Below, in pieces: positions 32,733 to 43,500 of a DNA stretch of 64,000 bases. A model generated the notes under the pieces. It searched no databases. It was not told where the DNA came from and saw only the letters and a list, made by a program, of their open reading frames with translations. The DNA is taken from assembly GCA_049840735.1 (NCBI GenBank), contig JASGJN010000022.1, positions 320,001-384,000 of the forward strand. The letters run 5' to 3'. Every line of letters begins with the position of its first letter. Position 1 is the stretch's first letter. The DNA is from Anaeromyxobacter sp. Its GTDB lineage: Bacteria; Myxococcota; Myxococcia; Myxococcales; Anaeromyxobacteraceae. Position numbers and translations under genes: made by a program.

Positions 32733-33440
32733 TTGAGGCCGGATCAAACGGCTGACTCCGGCGGCGCGGCACACCGGTACAACGGACGGATATACGATTC
32801 CGGAACCGGCTTCCATGACAACGGCGCGCGGATGTACTGGCCAGAGATTGCGAGGTTTGTCAGTTCTGACTCGTACCAGGGAAGCACCGCAAGCCCGGCA
32901 TCGATGAACCGGTATAGCTATGTAGTTAACAATCCGTACAGGTACACGGATCCGACGGGGCACAAGTTCGTCGAGATCGATGCGAGCGTTGAGCCGGTGC
33001 TTCGCGAACTTAGGAAGACCGAGACAGGGAAGGCGCTCTACGACAAGTTGGAAGGTTCCGCGCACGAGTTCCGGATTAAGGAGGAGAAGGGACCTGACGT
33101 TACGCGAAGCGTTCCGGACTCCCCCGACCTCGCCGAGTATCGCAACCGCAAATTGGGCGGCACGGGCGGCACTACGCGTTTGAGAATGGACGTTCGATAC
33201 AAGTTTGAGGACGAGAAGGGTCAGTGGCAGGAGGCTCCTCTATCTGAGGTCCTGGCCCATGAACTCAATCATTTGAGTGACTTCGATTCGGGGATGGAGG
33301 ACAACAATCCAGATCACAGTCACAGGGCGCGGACCACGAAGGAGCGGGAGGCTATGGATACGGAGAACAAGGTCCGCAAGGAACTGGGGCTGCAGGGGAG
33401 CAGGATTCAATATGATCGTTCTGTGCAAGAGCCGAAATAG
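32733..33440 (+). pseudogene. Orphan Rhs C-terminal module: core tail + HExxH metallopeptidase-like toxin tip
   Basis: RYNGRIYDSGTGFHDNGARMYWPEIARF...NRYSYVVNNPYRYTDPTGH, then VLAHELNH...EAMDTENKVRKELG. No upstream YD repeats. Confidence 0.85.
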
Positions 33441-33960
33441 CCTTCTTCTCGTGATCGGGTTGGGGATCGGGGCCGCGTGTGTGACGCCCATCGATCGTCC
33501 GTGTGACTATGGCGGTGTCATTTCCGTGGTCGCTCCGAACACGCATGCCGATCGGCGCCCCGAGATGCGGAGGTGTGTAGATGGGTGGCGGCCGTGGCAT
33601 GCGTTCCGCCAGGACCTCTTTCGCCGCTTGGGTGCGAGTCGTGCGGCTGGGGCCCGCACGGTAGTCTTGATCGAGAGCGGGCACCCTGCCTGGGCCGGAT
33701 ATGGGTACGCTCTTGTGGTCGATGGAAAGGTGGAAGGCGTTCCGCCCGCATCAGGAAGCGTCGAACGGATGCCGCCAGTAGAAGGGCTGGTGAGCGTAAT
33801 TCGGAGCGATATCGAGGACGGCGGGTGTTGGTTCTTGACGGTCTCTGAAAACGGTAAGACGTCACAGGCGATTGTCTACGGAGAGTTGGGCGGGACGGAC
33901 AGTACAAGTAGGTTGGCAAGGTGGATGGCTGAGCGAGAAAGGCGCGTCCCGTTGCCGTAG
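33412..33960 (+). CDS. Putative immunity protein (lipoprotein-like signal)
   Basis: Overlaps the toxin stop. N-terminus LLLVIGLGIGAAC. Confidence 0.55.
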   Translation: MIVLCKSRNSLLLVIGLGIGAACVTPIDRPCDYGGVISVVAPNTHADRRPEMRRCVDGWRPWHAFRQDLFRRLGASRAAGARTVVLIESGHPAWAGYGYALVVDGKVEGVPPASGSVERMPPVEGLVSVIRSDIEDGGCWFLTVSENGKTSQAIVYGELGGTDSTSRLARWMAERERRVPLP

Positions 33961-34616
33961 GTCGGCCTGGGCCCAGAGGTCGGACGGGGGTGAAGCACTG
34001 GGATGCCCCCGAAGGCGCCGACCGCCTCCTCGGGCAGAGTAAGGTGCATGCGGGGACGTCGCTCAGGGAGGTGCGGAGCGGAATCCATTAGGCGGGCATG
34101 AGCGCGACGACAACCGTCTGCGGGGGAGATGCTGGCAGTCCTGGAAGGCGAGCATGGTTCATGTCTCGCGTGGTACTAGAGGTTTTCGGCGTGAGCTCGG
34201 CCGCGGTGCTGCCGAGCGGGTTTCCTGGGGTAGCCAGCGCGTTCGCGTGGCAGTGATCGGCGCCCTTTCGCGTCGCCCCGGCCAACTCCGTCTGCTGACG
34301 AGGAGAGTTGCCGGGGCGGACCGGTCCCGATTCGGTATCCGCGAGAACCGACGTGGCGAGTAGGTCGTCAGCGACCCCGGAAACGCGAGGCCGGAAACGC
34401 GAGGCCGCTGTGTGCGGCTCGACGAGGGAGTGCATCGGCCTAGGCGAGCGGGCGAGTGCACCTGACCCGACACTGAGGATCTGATGGCCGGGCGAAGAGT
34501 TCCGGAATCTCGTTGACTTGCCGCGCCGCTGCAGGTCGGGGCAAGGTATTCGCCTTGCCCGGGAACGACGAAGGGCCTCCAGGTCACCCTGAAAGCCCCG
34601 TCGATGCACCAGGATT

Positions 34617-34661
34617 TGGAGCGGGAAACCGGGTTCGAACCGGCGACCCTCAGCTTGGGAA
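34617..34661 (-). repeat. att core copy 3: exact 45-bp 3' half of tRNA-Gly(CCC)
   Basis: TGGAGCGGGAAACCGGGTTCGAACCGGCGACCCTCAGCTTGGGAA, identical to 50571-50615. Confidence 0.95.
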
Positions 34662-34791
34662 TTTGGTCGGGCACGGAAGATCGCGCGGAAATGGGCGCAA
34701 AACGCAGGGTAGCGCGCTGGTTCAGTCCCGCTGAATCCTCTTCGGCCGGAACAGACCTTGCCCAGACCTTGCCCAGGTCAGCGGCCCCCGC

Positions 34792-37143
34792 TCAGTCCGC
34801 GCGTGCGTCGTCCTTGGGCCTCCAGGCTAGGCGCGTTCGATGCGCTTCGGTGCGCCGAAGCGCTGCTTCGAAGGCGGCGGTAGAGTCGGCGCGAGTCCTG
34901 GCCACGATTCCGTCGTGCGACACCAGCGCTTGCAGGCGCGAGAGCGTCTCCACTCGCGGCGCGCGACCGGCAAGGACGTCGCGAATGTCGATGAAGGCCC
35001 GTCCGCGCTGCCCGGCGATCTGGGTCTGAGCGCCGAAGTGCACGAGGTTGCAGTAATCACCGCCGCCCATCGCCGGTCCACGTAGCCCTCGACCGATCAT
35101 CTGAGCGTAAAGCCGGAGGCTCAGGGTGGGGCGTGCGAGAATGAGCGTTTGCACCGGCGGAAGGTCGAGGCCCTCAGAGACGATGTCAACGCCGATGAGT
35201 ACCGCCTGTTCATCCTGCCGGGCGCGCATCAGGAACTCGTCCCGCCTGAGCTCCAGCTCGCGCATCCGCGGATGGGGGCCGAGCACTGAAATCCTGGAGT
35301 GGAACTGCCGGACCCATACATCACGTCCGAGGCCCATGAACATCGTGCGGAGCCCGCGCTCCAGCCGGGCGGCATGATCAACATCGACTGCGAAGAACAG
35401 AGTGGGGCCAAGCGGACCGATCTCGTCCGCGTACCGGGTGAGCAGCAGTCGATAGACGGTGAGAACGAGCGGCGTGTAGTTCTTCGCGAAGAGGCCGAGC
35501 TGGCGGCGCTCTTGAAACGCCAGCGACCAGGGGTCATCGGCCACCGCCTTCAGCACCCAGCCCGTTTCGACCGAGACGTGCCGGACGTGTGCAAGGACAG
35601 GCCGACCTTGTTCCTTCAAGCGCAATGCCGTGGTCAGTGGCATCCGCTGCACCACCGCGTTCCTGGGGAACTGGATCTCGAAAGCGCGCCGTGACAGTCC
35701 GCGTCCTCGCCGCCCAGGTGTCGCGGACAAGCCCACGAGCATCTGAGTGCGCAACGCATGGGCGATCGCGCGATACCGCTTGGCCCCGAATCGATGCGCT
35801 TCATCGATGATGATGGCGCTGAACTTCGAGCGTCCAATGGCAGGCAGGTGGTGGGCCGCTGAAGCATCGGTCGCCAGGAGCACCGACGGAGGATCGGGCA
35901 CGGTCGAACCCTTGCCCTTCAAGGTGTGAATACCCACCCCAGGTCCGAGTTGCCTTGTCAGCGTCATCGCCGCTTGCTCCAGAAGCAGTTGTCGGTGCGA
36001 GAGCCAGAGAACCCGCCCACCGCGATCGACGATGGTACGTACGAACTCGGCGGCGATGAGCGTCTTGCCCGTGCCGGGAGGCATCTCGATTGTGTAGCCG
36101 GGCAACCCTTCGGCGTGCTGAGGTCTCCCCTGGCTGACAGAATGCCAGATCGCTCGGAGTGCCTGGATGCGTGCAGCCTGCCAGCGGTACGGGCGAATCC
36201 TTCCCCGGGAAGGCGCATCAGCGCCCAGCGCCAGTTGAACGGGTGCCGCCTCGCGCCAGAGTGCTTCGGCCAATGCCTCGAAGCCATGTGGGTCGCCGAA
36301 TCGCCATGCCAGGGCGACGTTCAGTTCGCAGTTCTCGATGTACCCGGCGAAGGTGGCATTGGACGAGCCGACGATCGCGATATGGTGACCAGTCGCGAGC
36401 CGGAGTAGCAGAAGCTTCGCATGGAGCGGCGCGTCGGCTGATTCTTCCGTGCGCATCCGAATGCAATGCCGGAGCACCTGGCGCCGGGACCATCGACGGA
36501 TCGATGCGAGTCGTTGCACGACCGGATCGAGATCCGATGCAGGATCACCCACGACGATGCGCACGCTGTCGAATGCGGGTGAGCAGGTTGACAGCGGCTG
36601 CGCGAGCGCGAGATCGCTCAGCGCTCCGGAGGAGCAGGTGAAAGTGGATAGGAACGCCTGGCGGACTGTCGTTGCCCTGCATAGGCCTCGCAGCAGCACC
36701 GCGAGCGGGACCCATGGAGTGCTCAAGCCTGGGGGGCCAACAAGGGTTCGAGTCAGCGCGTCCAGGAGGACTGCGGGCTGTCCTCGATCGGGAACACCTC
36801 CGTACAGCGGCGTCTCTCGCTTTCGAGCGTTGGTGCTCTCGCCCGCCGCGAGGACCTCGAATGCGGAGTTCCCCATCTCCAGAAGATCGCCTCTGCGGAG
36901 CAGGTGCTGCCCGACGATTCGTCGACCGTTGACGTAAGTGCCTCGCTCCGAGTCGAGATCCCAGACCGAAGCAGAGCCGCCGCGAGGAGCGAGGGCCGCA
37001 TGCCGTTCGGATGCAAGGGGATCGACCAACACCACGTCGACCGACGGGCTTCGTCCGAAGACCATGCGCTTCCGGACCGCGATGCGTGCAACAGGCGATA
37101 CGCCCTGAAGAACCGATAGGGAAAGCGGACCGGGCATGGCCAA
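34792..37143 (-). CDS. FHA + phospholipase-D-like nuclease + SF2 (ResIII-like) helicase fusion
   Basis: FHA: FGRSPSVDVVL...SERHA...DLDSERGTYVNG. PLD: LHAKLLL...IVGSSNAT...NCELN. Helicase: PPGTGKT, IIDEAHR, LSATP, EGLDLP, QMIGRGLR. Confidence 0.85.
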   Translation of the reverse strand: MAMPGPLSLSVLQGVSPVARIAVRKRMVFGRSPSVDVVLVDPLASERHAALAPRGGSASVWDLDSERGTYVNGRRIVGQHLLRRGDLLEMGNSAFEVLAAGESTNARKRETPLYGGVPDRGQPAVLLDALTRTLVGPPGLSTPWVPLAVLLRGLCRATTVRQAFLSTFTCSSGALSDLALAQPLSTCSPAFDSVRIVVGDPASDLDPVVQRLASIRRWSRRQVLRHCIRMRTEESADAPLHAKLLLLRLATGHHIAIVGSSNATFAGYIENCELNVALAWRFGDPHGFEALAEALWREAAPVQLALGADAPSRGRIRPYRWQAARIQALRAIWHSVSQGRPQHAEGLPGYTIEMPPGTGKTLIAAEFVRTIVDRGGRVLWLSHRQLLLEQAAMTLTRQLGPGVGIHTLKGKGSTVPDPPSVLLATDASAAHHLPAIGRSKFSAIIIDEAHRFGAKRYRAIAHALRTQMLVGLSATPGRRGRGLSRRAFEIQFPRNAVVQRMPLTTALRLKEQGRPVLAHVRHVSVETGWVLKAVADDPWSLAFQERRQLGLFAKNYTPLVLTVYRLLLTRYADEIGPLGPTLFFAVDVDHAARLERGLRTMFMGLGRDVWVRQFHSRISVLGPHPRMRELELRRDEFLMRARQDEQAVLIGVDIVSEGLDLPPVQTLILARPTLSLRLYAQMIGRGLRGPAMGGGDYCNLVHFGAQTQIAGQRGRAFIDIRDVLAGRAPRVETLSRLQALVSHDGIVARTRADSTAAFEAALRRTEAHRTRLAWRPKDDARAD

Positions 37144-37298
37144 GGGTCCTCCAGCGTCCTTTGTCGTGCATGCGTCTCCTTAACGCAGTCTCGGCAGAGG
37201 AGCAGCACGCGCTGGTCAGGGGCGACGAGCGCGCGCTCGTGAGGGCGCAAGACATCTGGGGAGTTGACGCGTCACTGGAGGCTGAGAACGCTCGTCCC

Positions 37299-37844
37299 AT
37301 GACCACATCGGAACATCCGAATGAGCAGTCAGGTCGCCGCCGTCCGCCCGGTGCGTCACTCGGAGAGGAGGCGGAAATCCAGGCGCTCGTCAAGGTTCAG
37401 CGGGCCTTGGCGCCGCTGCGCCCTGAGTCTCGTACCAGGGTTCTCGCGTGGTTCTCTCAGCCGAGCGCGCCGGGTGGGCTGAGTGTTCCCGCGTCGAACG
37501 CGGAATACGAGGACCTCAGCGCGCTATTCGAGGCGGCAGGGCCGAAATCGGAGCCGGAGCGTGTACTGGTGGCGTGCTACTACCACCTCCAGACGCGAGG
37601 CGAGTCCGACGTGGGTGCGAGGGTCATCTCGGACGAACTAAAGCAGATGGGACACGGCACGAGCCACGCATCATGGATTCTGCACCAACTCAACGCGCGC
37701 GAGCCCGCCCTCTTGATGGTGGCGTCGAGGAGTGGCTCTGGACGGGGCACGAAATACAGGTACCGCCTGACCTCGGCCGGCGCCAAACGCGTGTCGCAAA
37801 TGCTCCAATCACGCACCGATGGCAGGCCGTCAAGCAAGCACTAA
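37299..37844 (+). CDS. Hypothetical protein with probable C-terminal winged HTH
   Basis: Helical N-terminus EIQALVKVQRALAPL...RVLAW. C-terminus ISDELKQMGH...YRLTSAGAKRV. Confidence 0.6.
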   Translation: MTTSEHPNEQSGRRRPPGASLGEEAEIQALVKVQRALAPLRPESRTRVLAWFSQPSAPGGLSVPASNAEYEDLSALFEAAGPKSEPERVLVACYYHLQTRGESDVGARVISDELKQMGHGTSHASWILHQLNAREPALLMVASRSGSGRGTKYRYRLTSAGAKRVSQMLQSRTDGRPSSKH

Positions 37845-37932
37845 GGCAGCCGGGGAGAATCGGCGGCCCCACAGGCTCAGTAGCCGGCCTGGGGTGGCTC
37901 GGGCGATCGTCGGACGCATGCAAGCTTGCATG

Positions 37933-39666
37933 CTACTTGGAAGTCGGGGGGCGCTTACCCGAGGCCACGCGGTACTTGGTATTCGGCGAGCGCGGGCTAC
38001 TCGTCGTGGTCGTCACCCGGCCTTCCTTTCGCAAGATACGAAGCCATCTGCGAACCGCCTCGGAGCCCAGGGCGAGCGCTGCCGCCAGTTCCCCGGCTGC
38101 GAGGTCCCCGCGCTCTCGCAGAACCCGCACGATGTCGTCCCTTCGGTCCTTGCGCTGACGCGGGGGCGCGTGGAGGACAGGCTTGAACTCATACGTTGCC
38201 CACCTCCGCGTGCCCTTCTGCAAGATGATACGGCGCGACACGAGATCGCTGAGTTCGCGGGTTGCGAGGCGGCTGTCCAGGCCAAGCAGTTGACGGTACT
38301 TGGCGTTTGTCAGTACCTGCCCGTGCTTCATCATCGCCAAGCCCATTCGTTGGCTGTCGGTGAGCTGGCCAGGGATGGTCGAGAGCCAGGCCACGGTGGC
38401 ATCGTCCAAGAGAGTCTGGTTTGGGAAGGTCACGCGAAAAGTCGAAACCCCGTCTTCGAAGACGGGTGGAGTCATGCCCGACTGACGAAGGGCGGCCACC
38501 ATGGCGCCAATCCCGGAGCCGCGATTCTCGCAGACCGCGAAGCGGTCGCCAGGCGTGGCGACATCTTCCAGCAGTCTCATGAGCACCTGGTTGCGGGCGG
38601 ACGAGACCCCCTCCTCGCCCAAGCGTTCCAGAGATACTGGACCGTGAAGGCCACCGGGATTGACGACTGCCAAACGGTCCGGGAACATCTGAACCTGAAC
38701 TGGAGAGCTCCGGCCTGGTCCGCTCAAGTCGCGATGGACCAGCGCGTTGACGAGGGCTTCGCGAAGCGCTGTCTCCGGATACTCCCAAAGGTCCTGGCGA
38801 AACCCCTCGTGCACGATCGCGCGCCGCTTCATGTTCCGTCGAAGGGCGTCGAGCAGCGGCCCGATCATCCTCGGAACCGGGCCGTCGACCCTTCGGTTGT
38901 CCAGGAACCGCTCGCCTCCGGGTCCGGATTCGCCAACGCGTGGTGTCGGGTAGGCCACGAAGGTCGCGCCCAGGGCCGGATAGAACTGTTGCGGGTACTT
39001 CCCCAGCGCGAGTAGGCCGCCAAGAGTCGGATGGATTCCGGATTCGACGCGCGCCGCCGCCTTCAGTGTCAACAAGGCGCCAGCATCATCGAGCTTGCGA
39101 AAGGCGCTGCCTTCCGGCTCGCGCTTCCGGGCAAGCAGCGCTCCCACGAGCTCCGGATCGAGATCTTCGAGGGTTGCCTCCAGCACTGGCGTCTCGTCTT
39201 CGCGAGGTTGTCCACGAGACGCGAACAGCAGGTGCACCTCGTACTCGCTGAGCTTCCTGTCCCCGTCGCCAACGCGCAGGAACGCGCCGTTCTTGAGTCC
39301 CGCGGGGACGTAGTAGCAGGGCTTCTCCGAACTTGAGAGCTCGGGAACAGCGCAGGTGACCAAGGTCTTGCCTTCGAATCGCACCGTTTCGATTCGGGGG
39401 CTGAGTCGTGGCTGCATGTCGGCGCACATCGAGGCCAGATCGCCCTGGACCTTGCGCGCATCCAGGACTCCGACCGCAGCAAAGCCGTCGTCCTCATCGA
39501 GGCCGAGGATGATGAGTCCGCCGCCGGGTGTATTCGCAAAGGCGGACAGCGTCTCCCAGAGCCGCCTGGGAAGCTCGCGATGTGCGCGCTTCGCCTCGAC
39601 GTGCTGGTGGTCCGTCGTGAAGACGCGCAGCTCCTCGATGGCCCGATCAAGGTCTTCGGTACTCAT
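37933..39666 (-). CDS. AlbA_2 (Schlafen-like) + HATPase_c_4-like + tandem HTH protein
   Basis: VEAKRA...ETLSAFANTPGGGLIILGLDE, YPETALREALVNALVHRD, NPGGL, ENRGSGI, and two C-terminal HTH-like segments. Confidence 0.9.
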   Translation of the reverse strand: MSTEDLDRAIEELRVFTTDHQHVEAKRAHRELPRRLWETLSAFANTPGGGLIILGLDEDDGFAAVGVLDARKVQGDLASMCADMQPRLSPRIETVRFEGKTLVTCAVPELSSSEKPCYYVPAGLKNGAFLRVGDGDRKLSEYEVHLLFASRGQPREDETPVLEATLEDLDPELVGALLARKREPEGSAFRKLDDAGALLTLKAAARVESGIHPTLGGLLALGKYPQQFYPALGATFVAYPTPRVGESGPGGERFLDNRRVDGPVPRMIGPLLDALRRNMKRRAIVHEGFRQDLWEYPETALREALVNALVHRDLSGPGRSSPVQVQMFPDRLAVVNPGGLHGPVSLERLGEEGVSSARNQVLMRLLEDVATPGDRFAVCENRGSGIGAMVAALRQSGMTPPVFEDGVSTFRVTFPNQTLLDDATVAWLSTIPGQLTDSQRMGLAMMKHGQVLTNAKYRQLLGLDSRLATRELSDLVSRRIILQKGTRRWATYEFKPVLHAPPRQRKDRRDDIVRVLRERGDLAAGELAAALALGSEAVRRWLRILRKEGRVTTTTSSPRSPNTKYRVASGKRPPTSK

Positions 39667-39900
39667 ACAAGCAGCATGGTATCATCATGTCAGCTTGTAT
39701 GCTTGCTCGAAGCGGCGCTTGGGACGGACACTGGGTACCGAGGCCGGACAGGAACCTTGCCCAGATCTTGCCCGGCCGAGAGGCGCTCAGATGGCTCCAT
39801 TGCCTGCGAGAGAAGGGGGACGGTGGTGTCCCGCAGAGCCGCGACCGTCAACCCCAACGAGAAAGGGGTCCCGCCGGTGGACGGAACCCCTCGGAAGAAC

Positions 39901-39945
39901 TGGAGCGGGAAACCGGGTTCGAACCGGCGACCCTCAGCTTGGGAA
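39901..39945 (-). repeat. att core copy 2: exact 45-bp 3' half of tRNA-Gly(CCC)
   Basis: Identical to 34617-34661 and 50571-50615. Confidence 0.95.
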
Positions 39946-40502
39946 AGTGGTCGGGCGCGGAAGACCACGCGAAAATGGGCGCAAAACGCGGGGTCGAGGC
40001 TGGTTCAGTCCCGCTGAATCCCGTTCGGCTGGGACGGACCTTGCCCGGACCTTGCCCGGTGGGCCGCGCGCCGCCGTGCCTTCGAAGAGCACGAGCACGC
40101 GCAGCGCCGGAGACGCGTCTCAAACTTGCTGCCCTGTCGCGCCGAGGCGTCAAGAAGCCGCAGATGGCCGGGTGCTTTGGGCTGCGGCCGCAGGCGTTCA
40201 GCGGGTCCTGCGGCAAGACCCGGAGTTCACTTCGCATCTCGGTCTTCGTCGCTCTGCTCGCCGTCTGCACGAGTTCACCAAACGCGAAGCGGTGCTCCTC
40301 GATTCAGCGCCTCTTTTGGAAGGCCGTTGACCCTTCGCGGCCATCCTGCTGACATCCCCGCACCGCAGCTGCAGTTGGGGGGGGAGCGCTGGGACGGACG
40401 GGCCGCGCCCGTGGACCTCAGCGCCCCTCGACAGAACACTACGTAGATTCCTCGCCCGGCCGAGGGCGCGACTCGTGTGCGCGTCGCCTGCCTGGAGGAC
40501 GA

Positions 40503-43500
40503 ATGAACCGCTTGCTCCAGGCTGTCGGAGTTGTGCTGCTGCTCGTGTCTACCGCGAGTGCGGCGTCCCCGTCGAAGCCGAACACCTCGCGCCTCGAGCC
40601 GGCGGCGCTAGCGAGCCCGGGCAACGCGCGGGTGGGTGACGGGTTGCGCCTCGACTACGCCGTGAGGAACCCCACCGCGCTGGCATCCGCCCGTGGCCAG
40701 GTGACGTTCTCGCTGTCCTCGGCCACGAGCACGGCCGCCTCGCTGCAGGCCAGCGGGGCAGCAGCCCCCAGCGCTGTCGCGGCGGGAAGAAGCTACCGGC
40801 TCACCAGCGTTTCGCTGGAGGGCCTGGCGGCGGGCCAGACGGTGAGCGGTTCCGTGGTCGCCGCGGTGCCCAACATGGCCGCGGGCGAGTACAACCTCGT
40901 GGCCGTGGTGCACGAAAGCGGGCACCCCGTCACCGACGATCGGGCTCTGACCTCGACCCACGTGGTCACGGTGGCCGCCCGCACAAGCGTGCTGCCGAAC
41001 CTCTCGGTGGTAAGCGTGAGCGGCCCGACCCTGGTAGCGACCGACACGACCATCACCGGAACGGCCATCTTCGCGAACGATCCGGCCGGCTCGGTCGCGG
41101 CCGGTGACTTCGTCTCGGAGTTCCAGCTGGCGCTCGATGGCTTCCCCGAGGTGATCGCTGCGGCGGAGCAGCCTACCGTCGCGGGCCCCCTCAGCCCGGG
41201 CGCCCAGGTGCAGGTGCAGGCCGCCCTGGCCGTGCCCGCGAACGCGACACCGGGGACCTACCGGATCCTGGCCCGGGCCGACGTCACCGACACGGTGCTG
41301 GAGTCCAGGGAGGACGACAACCAAACGGCGGGCGCGGAGATCCAGGTGGTGGTCGACGCCCTGCCGCCGGAGCTCCACGTGACGGCTCCAGCGGATGGGC
41401 TGGTCCTGTCCGGCACCGAGGCGACCGTGACCGTGAGCGCCACCGACGACGCCGGGGTCCGCGCCGTCACAGCCAACGGCCTTCCGCTGCTGCCGAACCC
41501 TAGCGGAACTTGGAGTGGGGCCGTGCCACTGCTCGAGGGCCCCAACGCGCTGGTGGTGACGGCGACCGATCTCGTCGGACACGAGACCACCCAGGAGATC
41601 CACGTCCGGCGAGACACCATCGCGCCTGCGCTGGAACTCACCTCGCCGGCGGGCGGCAGCGAGGTCTACGCAACCTCAATCAGGTTGGCGGGCCGGTTGG
41701 TCGACGCTGGTCCTGTCGCTTTGCAGGTTGCGGGCGCAGCGGTTCCAGTGGCGGCCGATGGATCCTTCGGCGTCGACGTGCCCCTGGCGATGGGGGACAA
41801 CGCGTTCACGCTGGTGGCGGTCGACCAGGCGGGGAATCGGGCGTCGGCCATCGTGCATATCCAGCGGGTGACGCCGCCGCTGCGCGTGACGGTGAGCGAG
41901 CCGGCGGCAGCTTTCGTGGTGAAGTCGGCCTTGCTCTCGGTGCGTGGCGTCGTCACGGGTGCGCAGGGCACGGCTACCGTGACCGTGAACGGTACCCAGG
42001 CGCCGCTCTCCGGCGACGGGTCCTTCTCTGCGATGACCACGGTTGCTGTCGGGCAGGTCTCCGTGGAGGTGGCTGCAGCCGACGCCTCGGGGCAGACCGT
42101 TCGCGTGGTGATCCAGGGGACGCGCGTCGGGGCCGGTACCGACGGCGCTGCGGCGGGCTGGTGCGACTCGAAGCCTGGGACGGCCATGACCTATGACCCG
42201 GCCGGGAACCTGACAGGCATCTACGACACGGCCAACGACGTGTCCAACTGCGGCTGCCCGGGCCACGCCTGTGCGCCGAGCGCCGCGGGCGCTGCGGCCT
42301 GCAGCAAGGGCGTTTGCGGCGTGGTCGCCGGAGCGGGGTTCATCGGACTTTCGAACGACCCGACCAACTGCGGCACGATCGGGCACGTGTGTCCGGCGGT
42401 CGCGAATGGTGGGGCCACCTGTGAGAACGGCTCCTGCGCTGTCGAGTGCGCCACCGGCTACGCGGCCATCGGGAGCGGGTGCTTCGACATCCTGCGCGAC
42501 CCGCTCAACTGTGGCTCGGTCGGGAACGTGTGCCAGGCCACCACCATGGGCGTGCCGGTGTGCACCGATGGTCTCTGTGGGCTCGAGTGCCGGCCGGAGC
42601 ACGTCTCGGTGGGCGGGCGGTGCATCGACATCAACACCGACCCGCAGAACTGCGGGACCGTCCAGAACGTTTGCCCCGGGACGGACAACGGATCGGGCGT
42701 CTGCGTGGACGCTCGCTGCGGCCTGCAGTGCGACCCCGGGTACGTGATGAGGGGTTGGTACAGCTGCGTGGACCTTTCCACCGACCCCGAGAACTGCGGA
42801 GCGGTCTACAACCAGTGCCCCACGTCCGATCACGGCACCACGACCTGCTCGAACGGAGTCTGCAACCTTCAGTGTGAGCCGCACTACTTGCAGCAGGCCG
42901 GGGCCTGCATCGACGTCGCGGTCGATCCCGCGAACTGCGGCGGAGCCGGCGTGGCCTGCTCGGTTCCCCGCAACGCGTACCCCACCTGCACTGACGCGGT
43001 CTGCGGCTTCGCCTGCAACCCCGGGTACGTGCTCCGCGGAGGTCAGTGCGAGCCGCGCGATCCGACCTCGGATCTGGACTACTGCGGCGCGGACGCGGTC
43101 CAGTGCCCTCCGGACGAGCACGGCGTCGCCGATTGCGACAACGGCGTCTGCGGCGTGACCTGCAACGCGGGTTACGGGCTGTACGGGGGCGTCTGCGTCC
43201 CCTCGACCGACCCGGCGCACTGCGGGACGCGCACCACGGCCTGCCCGACCGTGGCGCACGCGGTCGCGCTCTGCATCAACAACACCTGCGATCTCCGCTG
43301 CGCCGACGGCTACGAGCGTTCCGGCAACACCTGCGTAGCCGTCGCGGCGGACCCGCTCAACTGCGGCTGGGTGGGCCACCGCTGCACGACGCCGGCCCAC
43401 GGAACGGCCGTGTGCGAGGCCGGCGCCTGCGGCGTGAGCTGCAATGCAGGATATCCCGAGCAGGACGGGGCCTGCGTCGACGTCCAGACTGATCAGTGGA

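Larger units (their letters stand above)
34617..39945. mobile_element. att-flanked cassette 2 (5284 bp core to core) with defence-like cargo and no integrase
   Basis: Bounded by two identical tRNA 3'-half copies. Paired CTTGCCC repeats inside both ends (34753-34774, 39752-39773). Visibly more AT-rich than host genes. Confidence 0.85.

Noticed and set aside
34377..34404. 14-bp tandem duplication CCGGAAACGCGAGG x2
   Set aside because: A single local duplication, not seen at the other cassette ends, so probably slippage.
34617..39945. Two additional tRNA-Gly genes
   Set aside because: Only the 3' 45 nt are present. The 5' acceptor strand and D-arm are missing, so these are att copies.
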